DNA of 63,357 bases, filler included, from Olpidium bornovanus S191 (taxonomy: Eukaryota > Fungi > Olpidiomycota), in the NCBI GenBank assembly GCA_017911155.1. It is 27 parts of 27 records of this genome, joined end to end, with 100 filler letters (N's around TTAATTAATTAA, not from the genome) between each part and the next. Parts side by side here need not be neighbours in the genome. Positions count along the whole stretch, not along the records: positions 10,348 to 15,774 come from JAEFCI010004911.1; positions 15,875 to 17,707 come from JAEFCI010012828.1; positions 17,808 to 19,621 come from JAEFCI010007879.1; positions 19,722 to 25,010 come from JAEFCI010004269.1; positions 25,111 to 27,164 come from JAEFCI010007997.1; positions 27,265 to 29,519 come from JAEFCI010002020.1; 21 more parts are not named here. One strand, given 5' to 3'. Below the pieces are notes generated by a model that was not told the origin of the DNA, did not search any database, and was given only the letters and a program-made list of their open reading frames with translations. A program made the translations under genes and the position numbers. Position 1 is the first letter of the stretch. Every line of letters starts with the position of its first letter. Positions 14,401 through 28,229 of this stretch are shown here, in pieces.

Positions 14401-15429
14401 AATGAAGCTGGTTGAGGTTTTCATATCGGCAGACTATGAAGCTGGCGCCATTTTGCTCTCTCTTTAGTGGACGGCCCGTACTCATCGGTTTCACGATTAC
14501 GCCATCGCGTTTGCGCAGGCTACGTTCAAGGGATGTCGGACCTGTTAGCGCCGATATACGCCGTTATGCGAGATGACGTCGAAGCATTTTGGTGTTTCGT
14601 GGGGTTCATGAAGCGCATGGTGAGCTCTATTTTCGCGGAGAAACTAGCAGGACGACGGAACATCTGTTGACTCGTCCGCCACTTTGCGCTTCGTCAGGAA
14701 CCAAATTTTTTGAGAGACCAATCTGGAATGCGAACACAGCTCGCAACCTTAGAAGCGATGATCAAATTTATGGACGTGCCTTTGTACAGACACCTGGGTA
14801 AGAATTTTCTTTTCGCCAGCGCAAGTCTAATAATTTGGCGTCAGAAACCCGCCCGCGCGACTGCCCTCTTACACGCTGAACGAGAGCGCACCTTTTATAT
14901 AGAGCAATCCGACAGCCTGAACCTTTTCTGCTGCTTCCGGTGGCTGTTGGTGTGGTTCAAGCGGGAGTTCGACTTCGACAAGATCCTGCAGTTGTGGGAG
15001 GTCTTATTCAGCGATCACCGTACGCCCGACTTCCACCTGTTCGTGGCGCTGGCAATCCTGGACGCGCACCGAGACGTGCTGGTCGACCACCTGCGGACCT
15101 TCGACGAGATCCTCAAATACGTCAACGACCTGACCGGCTCGATTGATCTGGAGGAAATGCTCCGGAGGGCCGAAGTGCTGTTTTTGACGTTCTGTCGGCG
15201 GTGGGAGAGGGCGCAGAAGGTCGTCCGTGCAGCAAGGGAGGAGGTCGATGTCGGCGATCCGGAGGAGGACAAGGCGGCCGGGAAGAGCGTCTCCCCGCCG
15301 TCGACGGTGGGGTCGAGCGAAGGCTCCCGCTCCGCTGGCAGCTCCATTCCAACGCTCGATCCGTTGCTCTGCAAGCTCGTCGAGAGGTTTGTCGTGGCGA
15401 GTCCGTCGACACAAGCGCCACCGGCCTGA
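11308..15429 (+). CDS. GYP7: TBC-domain Rab GTPase-activating protein (Gyp7/TBC1D15 family), multi-exon
   Basis: N-terminal KVKLLYSKSKVYVHP and PFWFHDDE. TBC motifs GGVENDIRPDVWKYFL, IEKDVVRTDR, GYVQGMSDLLAPIY, AFWCFVGFM and FCCFRWLLVWFKREF. Likely ATG at 11308 and TGA at 15427-15429. The N-terminus has poly-Ala and poly-Asp tracts. Confidence 0.93.
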
Positions 15430-15732
15430 TACTGCCCCCGCTGCTATCTTTGTTTTGGCACCATGTTGTTTGTCATCTTTCGCACGTTTCACTGTGTCAT
15501 CATCCCCCCCCCTCTCCTCTCCCTTCCCCCCTCCCCTCCTCGTTCAAGCAGTCGTTCCTAAAAGGAAAGAGCATTTTTTGTTTCAACATTTTTCGTTGGT
15601 TTCCTATCGTACCGCGCAACTGGTACGTTTTTTTTTCTTTTGCTTTCTTTTGTCTGACTTTTGCTCAGGAATTCCGACGGCGATAGTAATTTTCTTTTTC
15701 TCATTTTTTTGGTTGCTCTGTTAGATCTATTG

Positions 15733-15774
15733 AGGTTAAACGCACTGCCGGGGAACGGTACAGTTTAACCTGAA
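15733..15774. repeat. Small dispersed hairpin element, also at 189-226
   Basis: Inverted arms AGGTTAAAC (15733-15741) and GTTTAACCT (15763-15771). The reverse complement matches 189-226 with identical spacing: TTCAGGTTAAAC-N7-TTCCCCGGCAGTGCGTTTA. Confidence 0.7.
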
Positions 15775-17807
15775 NNNNNNNNNNNNNNNNNNNNNNNNNN
15801 NNNNNNNNNNNNNNNNNNTTAATTAATTAANNNNNNNNNNNNNNNNNNNNNNNNNNNNNNNNNNNNNNNNNNNNCATGACTTCTTTCTTTCGAATTTTCC
15901 TAAAATCCTCTTTGCGTCTTTCGGCTACAATACTAATTTCGACAATAAAGTTGCTTTTTATTTGGCGGAGAATGGACCCGGATTGGAAAGGCACTTCCGA
16001 CATCGCAAAGGGATGTCTGATCGAGAAAGTGTGAGGGAAAAGCCGTCGCAGGGGGACGCTCCATATGTGTCAGAGAGGAAAAGCATTAAAATCTTGAAAG
16101 GATGAAACAGAGGGAAACTGATGAGCCTTGGTTTCGCGATGCAGAGAACAGGTCTCCGGTCGATAGGTAACGCGCAGCCGAGCCGGCGAAAGCTGCAAAT
16201 ACTAAAGGAACTGAGACCCAGAGTACCGGTACTCCAACGATTGTCGTTGGCGGCCGATCCACTAGCAACGTCAGGGTGTTCACTTGTCCCCGGCTGTTGC
16301 TGCTCCGGCGGGTTTTTGTCCGAAGAGTTATCAGTGTGCAAAGCTTTTTAGGAATTTTTGTAAGGTGATAAGCGAATTGACAGCTTCGAGAAACCCCGCT
16401 CGAGGCCCACTTCTGCGTTTTTATTTCCGGACCCTGGGACCCGTTCCAGCCTGCCATAAATCTTCCGACCTCGCGAACCCCGTTGGCGCCTTCGGAGACT
16501 TTTTTTCGGCGTTGCCGTTTTCGCCCTCTCTGTCGGATCCGCACACCCGCAACCGTAGCAGATTGTCGAGTCTCCGGCCCGCCTCCCTCTTTCGTGCCAT
16601 TTGACTGCCGTTGCTGTCTGACCGCCGTCAAAATCCTCAGCTTGTCTTCTCCGTTTCTGCAGCAATCTGGGCTATCGTTCGGGAATCTCTTTCCCGAACG
16701 GCGACATTTCAAAGCTCATATTTGTACGCGAACCGGAGCGGTATCGCTCGCACGGGATAGCCTGTTCCAAAAACGGATCTCTGAGTGTCCGATCGCGCGA
16801 CCTGGTGTTCCTCCAAGGGCCGCTATGGGGCACGCCTCGGTGCCGACAGCTCGGTGATTCAGCGACACGAGAAACCGTGCTCTGCGCGGACGGAATGCGC
16901 GAAACGACGTCGTCATTCGGGCGGTATAGCGTATCCGGAAACTGCGTTTTCACCTTAACTGCGAACGAGATATGCGCTGGCAGCCCGGCGGTTAAGCAAA
17001 ACTGGAAACCGCGGACGCGGTTCTGTCGACGCGTGCGCACTCCTGCGGTCCGCCGGTGCGGGCGTGAAGGACCGCGTGACCCGCAGTCCATTCTTTTGCC
17101 TGTAGAAGGGCCGCACGCCCGCAAACGCTTTCGGGTGTCAGAAGTCGTAAACTCCGGTTTCTGTTTTAACCTCCCTAGTTTGCGTCCCCTTAATACACGG
17201 TTTTATAGTAAACGTCGCCCGGTGTGACAACGTCACCCGGACTAAATCAGTTCCATCGGGATATCGCATCGTCATTCGACATTTTGGGATGCTTTCCCAG
17301 ATCACCGTATTTATCTAAAAGCTAAGATCTAGAAATCTGTTTGAAGGCGGGCTGTCACGGGCTCACCGTCGGCTCTCGGCTCCCCGCTCTCAGTCGGCTC
17401 TGTCACGGGCTTTCCGGCAAAACTGCGAAGTTTCACCGCAAAACCCTTTTTCTCGTTTTTTATCACTTTCGAATAGTTCGGCAGGTTTATGTTTCCCCTG
17501 GCCTTTTTTCCAATGACCTAATGCAGCTCGCCCGGGCAGCGAAATCTTCGTCGTCATCTTCCTTTTCTCAAACGTAGGCGTACATCTCGGACCAGTGCAG
17601 TCTCGACATTTCAGGAGCGAGAGCGGCGGCGCCTACGTCCCGTCCTTCTCGGTCCGGATCGCGTATTTCTTGCCATAATAGCAATCATTTCTCCACGTTC
17701 GGCCATGNNNNNNNNNNNNNNNNNNNNNNNNNNNNNNNNNNNNNNNNNNNNTTAATTAATTAANNNNNNNNNNNNNNNNNNNNNNNNNNNNNNNNNNNNN
17801 NNNNNNN

Positions 17808-18270
17808 CATGTCTCGAAGGCGCTCGTCGAGTGCTATAAGCCTGCCGACTTTCAATTTTCCGCTTTGATCTCACCTGCTTGTGGTAAGATCAGTCCGGGG
17901 GTTGGTGGGAAGACTAGGTATTGTGGTAAGAACACTTGAATCGGTGGCGTTCTCGGGAACCTGTGATCAGATCTGGCTGATCCTCAGCGTGTTTGAAAGC
18001 CCTCGTTGAGTACTATAAGCCTGCCGAGTTTCACAATTTTCCGCTTTGGTCTCACCAGCTGGTAGTAAGATCAGGGTTGCGGGTAATTATTGTGGTAAGA
18101 ATACTTGAATTGGTGGCGGTCTCCGAATCCTGTGATCATATCAACGTGATCTTTGGCTTGTTTGGAAACCCTCGTCGAGTACTATACGCCTGCCGAGTTT
18201 CAAAATTTTACGTCTTTAATGTCCTTTGCTGTTGGCAAGTGATCAGGTTTGGGGTGACGTTTGGGCAAAA
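17808..18270. repeat. Degenerate satellite array, about 170-180-bp monomer, about 2.6 copies
   Basis: CTCGT(C/T)GAGT(G/A)CTATA(A/C)GCCTGCCGA at about 17823, 18003 and 18171 (periods 180 and 168). Downstream blocks (AATTTTCCGCTTTG, GTAAGATCAG, TGTGATCA) also recur. Confidence 0.85.
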
Positions 18271-19822
18271 ATGATGCGGAAGTTGGGAAAAGATAGGGGG
18301 GGCTGTGCGTCGGGAGGCCAATAGGGACCAAAATAAAATTTCGTTTCGGAAAATATGCGCAACCCGCCCCTCACAGGGAGGGCCAATTCGGAACACGAAT
18401 AAAATCGCTGCAGCTCCAAAAGGCCTTGGTCGCGCTGTTTAGGACCTCTGAAGTACCTGGACAGCTAGATCGGGCTCTTGCAAGGTGCGAAACGCGCCGA
18501 TTTAACACCTCTCCGGATACCACGAAAATCGCGACGGAGACCTCCAATCTCAGTAAAAACCTTGCCCGCGTTCGGATATTCTCGATATCGACGTTTCGTA
18601 CCGAAGTCTCCAGTGGCTACCCCGAATACTTTTTTGGCTTATTTTTCCTCTTTGCTTTTCGGCTCACTTTGGTCCGGGTTCGTTTGCACCGGAAAACACC
18701 AGGGTAACCCCTGGCACAAGCCGGGCCGCTATTGTGGTATGATAAAATGCGAGGGGTTACCCCGGAAATTTCTGTGAAACCGGGTTTTAAGGTTCAGGTT
18801 CACCTGAAAAAAAACGATAAACCCACTGTTTTTCCGTTATTTTCGATTTTCATTCGCCAATTCTTCAAGGAAGTTAATTCCGGCGGCGCCTAATAAAAAA
18901 ACATGAAGAAAAGAACAGGTACGCCGGCGGTCGCAAAAAAAAAAAAAAAAAAAAATGCCGGGCGCGCGCGATGCCGGCAAGGAAGGGAAGGAAGGAAGGA
19001 AGCGGGGCAGGGCCTGGTCGGCCGCCACCCCACCCCCACTGTTCCCCATACAAATTCATACGTCAAGTCAGGAAAAGTAAAGAAATCAAATTTCGGGGTC
19101 TGTATCTCACAGGGGCATCTCGTGCGCTATTTCCAAGGGCGCGAAGCCCACCGGCACATAGCAAATATACGGGTTTGATCCTTGCTGGGGGGTGGAGGGG
19201 TGGGAGAGCTTGGGGTGAGACCGCTTGCGGCATCCGTTTACCCCGGCCCCCCCCCCCCCTCCCCCTTTTCCGCCAAGCGTTTTTGTGCGCGCCCGGCGCT
19301 CGTTTCAAAGTGTTGGCCGCCGCAACGGGTGAACCGAAGGGCGCCACCAAAACGCCGGAAAAAAAAATCCAGCTTCGCCCTCCATTTGTGTCCACGGGCT
19401 TTTTCCCTTTCTTTTTTTCCTTTTTTTTATTTTGCGAAGTGTCCCTTGCCGGGGCAATGCGGGAAAAGTTTTTGCCCGCACCGCGAAAAATGCAGACGCG
19501 CGCGGGGGGAAAATAGCGGAGGGCTATTCTCGCCCGCGTGCTAACCTTTTTTTTTTTTCGACCCGTCCGGCCCCCAGCCCCCCCAGGCCCCCCCGGGCCC
19601 CCCCTTCCCCCCCCCCCCACCNNNNNNNNNNNNNNNNNNNNNNNNNNNNNNNNNNNNNNNNNNNNTTAATTAATTAANNNNNNNNNNNNNNNNNNNNNNN
19701 NNNNNNNNNNNNNNNNNNNNNCAAGGAAGGCGGGGAGGGGGGGGGGCCGAGCGAGAGATACTTTTTTTTTTTTTTTTTTTTTTTTTTTCGGGGGGGGGGG
19801 GGGAGGGGGGGGGGGGGGGGAG

Positions 19823-19866
<44 letters not shown>

Positions 19867-20696
19867 AGAAGCAAACGAAAAGCATGTTGCAGATCTCGCT
19901 TGTCGGCAGGGGAAAAAGGGGGAAAGGGGAACGAGGCGGGTTTCGCTGTTTCGCTCAGCGCGCCGCGTCCACCGGCAGCTCCCCCGTCCCTTTTCCCCCT
20001 TCTCCCGTTTCCCTTCTCCCCCCTCGCACGTGCTCGGCGTGCTCTGCTTAGTGCGTGTGCTTGCGAGTTGCGAGTGCGTCCGGAAGTAACGCTGCCTCCC
20101 TTTCTTCCTCGTCGTGGCGTTGTCGTTCCTGCCCGGCGCCGCCCCCCTCCTCCCCCGCCTCCGTGTCTCCTCCCCCTTTTCCCCCTTTCCCCGCCCGCCC
20201 ACCCGAACCCCCCCCCCAAGCGGACTGGCGTGCAACATCTCCGGTCTTTCCCCTGCCTACCACCGCACAAAATATTTCCCCCCCTTTGCCCGTTTCGGTG
20301 TGCGGGGCATCAAAACCAGAAGAAGAGGGGGGGGGGGGGGAAGGAAAGCGGCTTCAGTAGTACTGTAGATGGGATTCCGCGCGGTAGAATCCGGTATGGT
20401 GCAGATCGCCTAGACTCGACATTTTTTGACCGAGACGCCAAGGGAATCAAGTCTCTGGACACTAAACAATCCCATGATTTTTTCTACAGGATTTGTAAAG
20501 CAAGATCTCCTCTACAATCCGTATAAAACGGATCTTGGATTGGTGAAGTTTCCAAAACGCAGTGTCGAAGTACGTGACCGCCTACGTAGTTTGTATGGTG
20601 CGGCGGCCGATTTGAAACATCCCGGGTCCACCAGCGTGAGGTACTCAACACATAAGTATTGACTGACGGAGCAAAATTAATGCGTTCCAAGATATA

Positions 20697-21153
20697 CTAT
20701 CTACTTATCTGCTTGAACGCGTCGGTGTGACTTGAACGCTTTCTGCGCACGCTCGGCATCGTGTGCGTCAAGACCGTTGGCGTACAACCAATATAGCGCC
20801 ATGCCTTCCGACTAAAATGTCGAATCTTGTCCAGGCTGATTTCATCCAACATTCGGGGGACTCGCTCGCAAAAACTGTTGAATGAGTAATCGCACTCGTA
20901 GCGTGCGATACGCTTTGCCACACCCTAAAAGCGTTCGATAAAATTGCACTAAAATTTGTCACTGCGGTCAGCAGTTTCTTCTGTGAGCCACTGATTGAGA
21001 GTGGTGTCATCAACTGAAGCGTGCTGTTTGCCCTCCGCTAGATCATTGACATTGCCATCATTCAGGCTGAGATCATCGTCCAACTTTTGCATTTCCCTGG
21101 TGAGACGGACATGCTCTGTGTCGGCCCGTCGCGCTGCTTTAGCTTTTGACATC
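20697..21153 (-). mobile_element. Degenerate IS630/Tc1-like DDE transposase relic, probably internally deleted
   Basis: KF*CNFIERF*GVAKRIARYECDYSF...VPRMLDEISLDKIRHFSRKAWRY, then after a frameshift LYANGLDAHDAERAQKAFKSHRRV*. This matches the recalled C-terminus of fungal Tc1-like transposases (PKFHCELNxIExxWG...Y..GL......K..KSHR). Confidence 0.75.
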
Positions 21154-22023
21154 TTCGGCATTTTTGGGGTGGGGCGTTGGGGGCGTTGGGGGATGTCTTC
21201 TGTGTGAGGTGTTGTGTGGGGTCCAAAAGTCCAAAGTTTCGGGAGATCTTGGGACCCCGCACCCTTTATATACCCCTCACCCCGCCCATCCCCACCCGCG
21301 GACACTATTTTGTTTTTCCGGGCCAAATAGAGGAGACTTTACGACACATAGAAATAGAAACGAGCGTTGAGTCTAGGTGATCTGCACCATACGACAATGT
21401 TGAACAGTAGCGTTGCAGCAGTCGCATTAAACACAATCCCACCGCAGTAGGACGGGGAAGTTCGTTCGTCCGTTATCCCCGCGAACGGGATGTGGCTTTA
21501 CGGGTGGGGACAGCAGGAGGCGTGTCTCGCGTCCTGGAGGCGCGAGCAAGACAGGTTGGCCCCGCCCTGTTCGAAACTTTGTTTCCACGGGCGACAGCTC
21601 TGTTTCTATGCGTTTGCCGCGCTCGCGACGGGGGGAGGAGATGCGTAGTGGCAATATACCATCTAATTTATTATTAATTAAGATATAAATGTAGCAATGT
21701 AATAGCAATATTTTACCTAGTAAAAGTATAAGTATTCATTTATAAAATGGGTTTTGTGTGGGCGCGGGCGGGTCCTTTCGCTCGGCGGTTGTCGGGGGGT
21801 ATGATCACGTGATTTTGTGGCGGCTCGCACAGGAGGAAAAGTCAGGACGAAAAAAAAAAAAAAGTAAAAAATAAAATAAAATAAAAATAAACAAATTCCA
21901 ATAAAAAAAATAAAAAAATTTTGTTCCGCGCGCCCGATCCGACTCGCAAAAACCACCCCCAAACCCCAAACCCCAAACCAAAACCAAAATTCTTCACGGT
22001 TTCCTCCGGCGCTCCGCCTCGCC

Positions 22024-23768
22024 ATGGTAAAGCATCAAAGCGTTGCTGGGAACCCGGAGCGCTGAGAGGGGGAGAGAGAGGCAGAGTCAGGGAGAGAGAC
22101 GGCCGAAGGCGTGCGCCGAGCGGGAACCATCTTGCCGCATGGATTTTCGACGGCCCCTCGCCTTCAGACACAGCAGCGCAGTCGCACAGGCTGGACTGGA
22201 AAAGACCCTTCCCGCGCGCTCTCCGACCGGACACACGACGGGCGGGGAGGGGAAAAAGGGGAGAGGGAAGGCCGGGACGGGAGGGGAAGGGAAGCAACTG
22301 GAGTGGAAGAGAAACAACGGGAGGGGGAAGAGAAGAGAACGAGGAGACCCAGGGCCGGGCGGAGCGCTTTTGTACCTGAAGTGCGCCGGCGGCACAACCG
22401 GACACGGCAGTCGTATTTTCCCCGTGGTTTGGCTCCGACACGCGGCGGCCCCGTTCGCGCGAACTCCGGAGAGGACCGGGGAAACCGGCCGGTCGCGAAC
22501 CGCCCTGGGCCAAGCCGCTGTTTGTCCTTTGTTTCCGCGTCAAGTATCAGAGGAGAGCGGCTGACGCGCCCCAAACTCCTCCTCCTCTTCCGCCGTCGCG
22601 TCCGCGGGACCCCGTTTTACACCCTTTTCCCCCCCACACACACACGCGCGCGCGCGCGCGCGCCACCTGCCGCGTCCCCTTGGAAAAAACAGTCGCTCGT
22701 TCTCCCGGAGAAGATGCAGTTCCAGCACATTCTGCGTCTGCTGAACACAAACATCGACGGGAAGGAGAAGGTCATGTACGCCCTCACGTCGATCAAGGGA
22801 GTTGGCCGCCGCTACGCCAACTTGGTCTGCAAGAAGGCCGACGTGAGCTTGAACAAGCGGTGCGTTATTTGGGGGTTTGCGGAGGGCGGCGGAGGCCGAG
22901 AAGAAAGAACGCGAACCGGGGATTTATGCGTGCATGCGTCTTTCGGGCAAGTTGTGCCCGTTTGGGCGGAAGAAACGTCCGCTTTCGCTCGCTGGCCGCG
23001 CGCTCAGGTGCACCGGAACTCACCCGGAACTCCCCCCTTCCCCTCTGCCCCTCCCTCCTGAAAGGGCCGGTGAGCTTTCGAACGACGAGCTGGAGCGGCT
23101 GGTCACCATCATCCAGAACCCGCGTCAGTTCAAGATCCCGGAGTGGTTCCTCAACAGGCAGAAAGACATTAAAACCGGCCAGTACTCGCAGTTGTTGGCC
23201 AACGGCCTAGACAACATGCTTCGCGAGGACCTCGAGCGCCTGAAGAAGATCCGGGCTCACCGCGGTCTCCGCCACTATTGGGGCCTGCGCGTGCGCGGCC
23301 AGCACACCAAGACGACCGGGCGCAAGGGTGCGCCCCCCCCCCCCTTCTTCCCCCCCGTTTCGTGGAGCATGCGACAGTTTGACAGGGCCGACCTGCGGAC
23401 GTTCCGGCGGCCACTTATCTCTAATCGGTGCCGCAAACTCGCTTTTCCTTTTTCCCCCTTCTTCGTTCTGGCGTAACAGGCCGCACCGTCGGGTATGTTT
23501 TGCCGCGAAGCGGCTGTGGGCGAAAAGTGGCATGTCGGTCGGCAGGCGTTGTTGCGGTTCTGACGTTACATTTTCCCCCCCCATCTTCCGCGGCCTGCGT
23601 CTACGGTGTCACAGTGTTTCGAAGAAGAAAGTAAGTGGCATTTTGACTTCACCTCTCTTTTTGTCTGGCAAATCGTGACTAACAAAGTTCTGCTTTTCGC
23701 TATGTTCTTCGTTTTTTTGCTTACCCCTCGACGTACTTCTTTTCTCGAATTTGCGTGCTGTGCAGTAA
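22024..23768 (+). CDS. RPS18: 40S ribosomal protein S18 (uS13), complete; join(22024-22026, 22693-22859, 23065-23327, 23480-23492, 23615-23630, 23766-23768)
   Basis: The six exons sum to 465 nt (154 aa plus stop): [24 protein letters not shown]...[33 protein letters not shown]. All five introns are GT-AG with consistent phases. Confidence 0.96.
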
Positions 23769-24677
23769 ATCTTCCGCACGATATAAAGTTATCACGCTCA
23801 TTCCTGCGCGCTAATACGGTGTCTGGCTGGTGGATGTCTTTTCGGTCGCGCGTGTTGTTTCGTCACCGCCGCTCGAATGCGGCGGGTTTCTATGATGCCG
23901 GAAACGTTTGTAGGGACAGGGCCAAAACGCCGAACGCGCTCCACGCGCGTCACTCAGCCGCTCGGCAGCTTCAAAGGGAAGCCCTGCACGCACGGCGGGC
24001 GGCACGGCCCAAAAACGGACTTCTGCCGCGTGCCCCCAGGCACGTGAAAGGGACCGGTGGCCTCTGAGCTTTTGGAGTATGTTATGCTGTGTCGATCGTC
24101 ATATAGCGCCGGGTACCAGAGTGCGAATTAGCCGTATCCACAAGGAATGCCTATGCTTACATGGAACGTGCGAGTTATTTCTGCCGTATCGAAAAAAAAA
24201 ATTGGGTCTGGCTGGGGGAAGGGAGGGAGAAGGAAAATATTCTTTCTGTTTTGCGAAACTGGCAGATTTCGAAAAAAAAAAAAGGAAGAAAGGATTTGTA
24301 CGTTAACATGCGAATGGAAAAAAAGCGAAAATGTGATGAGGGGGAAAGGGGAGGGAGGGGGGGAGGGAGGGGGTCGGACCCCTACTGAAAACAAGATTTA
24401 AGTGTTGAAAGGTCGTTGGGATGCGGCGCAGTAAAGAGCGGAAAGAAAAAAAAAATGCAGGATCTTCCGGCGCAGGAAGGGAGGGGGGGGGGTGCAAAAG
24501 AAAAAAATAATCTTTCTCACGGCTCGCGCTCGCGGCTGAGCCGCCTGACTTCGACGCTGTCGAGGCATCTGAGGAAGACGCAGCGGGGGTACCCCGCCAC
24601 GTCCGCCGTGAAGTTGTAGCGCCGCGAGAGCGCCTGAAAAATGAGCACCTTCTTGATTATGGCCGCTGGTTTTTTTT

Positions 24678-24713
<36 letters not shown>

Positions 24714-24723
24714 GGGGGGGGGT

Positions 24724-24776
<53 letters not shown>

Positions 24777-25190
24777 GTAACCGAGCTACCGTAGCACTGC
24801 GCTCACCCGCCCGGAGATTTTCCTTCTATTTAGAACCCGGCAGATCAGCGGAATACAGAAGCTCTTTGAGCTCCTCTCAAAGCTCATATTCTACAGGTTA
24901 TGAGCCCAAACCGTTGACTCCCCGTCCAACCATCACCACTCGCCGCTCGCCGTCCGTCGGCGCTTGCGAAGAAAAGCCGTCCGTCGGCGCTCGCGGAGAA
25001 AAGAAGAAGANNNNNNNNNNNNNNNNNNNNNNNNNNNNNNNNNNNNNNNNNNNNTTAATTAATTAANNNNNNNNNNNNNNNNNNNNNNNNNNNNNNNNNN
25101 NNNNNNNNNNTGGTAGCAATTCCAGGCGGGCGGGCGTGGATCGCAAACGGGCCAGGAGGCGCGGCCGGAGGCGATGGTCGTTGGTCATAA

Positions 25191-27068
<1,878 letters not shown>

Positions 27069-27279
27069 AACTCGGTCATTTGGCCGCTTCAAAGAACGTT
27101 ACGGGAAGCGCTTCGGCAAGTCCAAAACGGAGTGCAGTTGCTGTAATCTGGACGCTCACAGAAANNNNNNNNNNNNNNNNNNNNNNNNNNNNNNNNNNNN
27201 NNNNNNNNTTAATTAATTAANNNNNNNNNNNNNNNNNNNNNNNNNNNNNNNNNNNNNNNNNNNNAAATGAAAAAAAAAA

Positions 27280-27313
<34 letters not shown>

Positions 27314-27545
27314 GAACCACGAAAGAGCCACAACCGCTGAGCGGGGGGATAGACGGGAAACGCCGCCGTGTCCCGCCCCAACCCCCGCCCCCCACGGCGT
27401 TCTGCGGCCCGGTCGCGGGTGTGCCGGACGCAAAAAGCCGCCCCCCAGCGAGCTCCATCCCTCCCCTCCCCAGAACCCAAGCAAGAGCGGTCGGCCGCGC
27501 GGCCAAAAAAAAAAAAAAAAAAAAAGGCCTTGTCGAGATCCCCAG

Positions 27546-27740
27546 CCGGCCGCGCGCGGGAAAAAAAAATTCTTTCGGACGAATCAAAAGAAAAAAAAAA
27601 AAAAAAAAAAAAAGCCGGCCGCGCGCGGGAAAAAGAAAAATATTTTTTTCGGACGAATCAAAAAAAAAAACAAACAAACAAAAAAAATAGCCGGCCGCGC
27701 GCGGGAAAAAACAAAATTTCTTTCGGACGAATCAAAAAAC
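27546..27740. repeat. Three tandem copies of a roughly 70-75-bp unit
   Basis: CCGGCCGCGCGCGGGAAAAA...TTTCGGACGAATCAAAA at about 27546, 27615 and 27691, separated by variable poly-A. Confidence 0.8.
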
Positions 27741-28193
27741 AAAAAAAAGCCGCCTAGAAAGGGGGGGGGGGGAAAGGAAAACGAAACGAGGAATGAATCG
27801 CCTCCTCACCCGGGCGCAAATGAAAAATAAATAGAAATTCCGGGCGGGTTCCCCCCCATTCCCCCCCCTTTCCCGCCCTCCGCTCGCGGCTGGTTGTGCA
27901 GCGGGCCGGTTTTCGGGAGCGAACTTTTTTTCTTTCTTTTTTCTTTTCTTTTTTTTCTTTTTTTTTTTTTGGGATCGCGCGCGCGCAGCGCGCGCTTTCG
28001 TGGTAAACTTTCGGGCGCGGAAAATACATCCGACCCCGTCCTTTCCTCCCCGCCCTCCCGCCCTCCCCCCCCCCCGTATTCTTGGGCCGGTCGCGCGGAT
28101 TTCGGAGCGATCTGGGCGGCCGCGGGGGAAGAAGAGGGGAACCCGCCAAAAAATCGGCTGATGTCGTTCTCCTCTCTGTCCATCCCTCCCTAC

Positions 28194-28229
<36 letters not shown>

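Noticed and set aside
20676-21430. Possible TIRs (TTAATGCG) around the DDE relic
   Set aside because: Only 8 bp match, with no convincing extension or target-site duplication.
21957-21990. CCCCAAA repeats resembling telomeric DNA
   Set aside because: Only 2-3 imperfect units, internal to a contig just upstream of RPS18.
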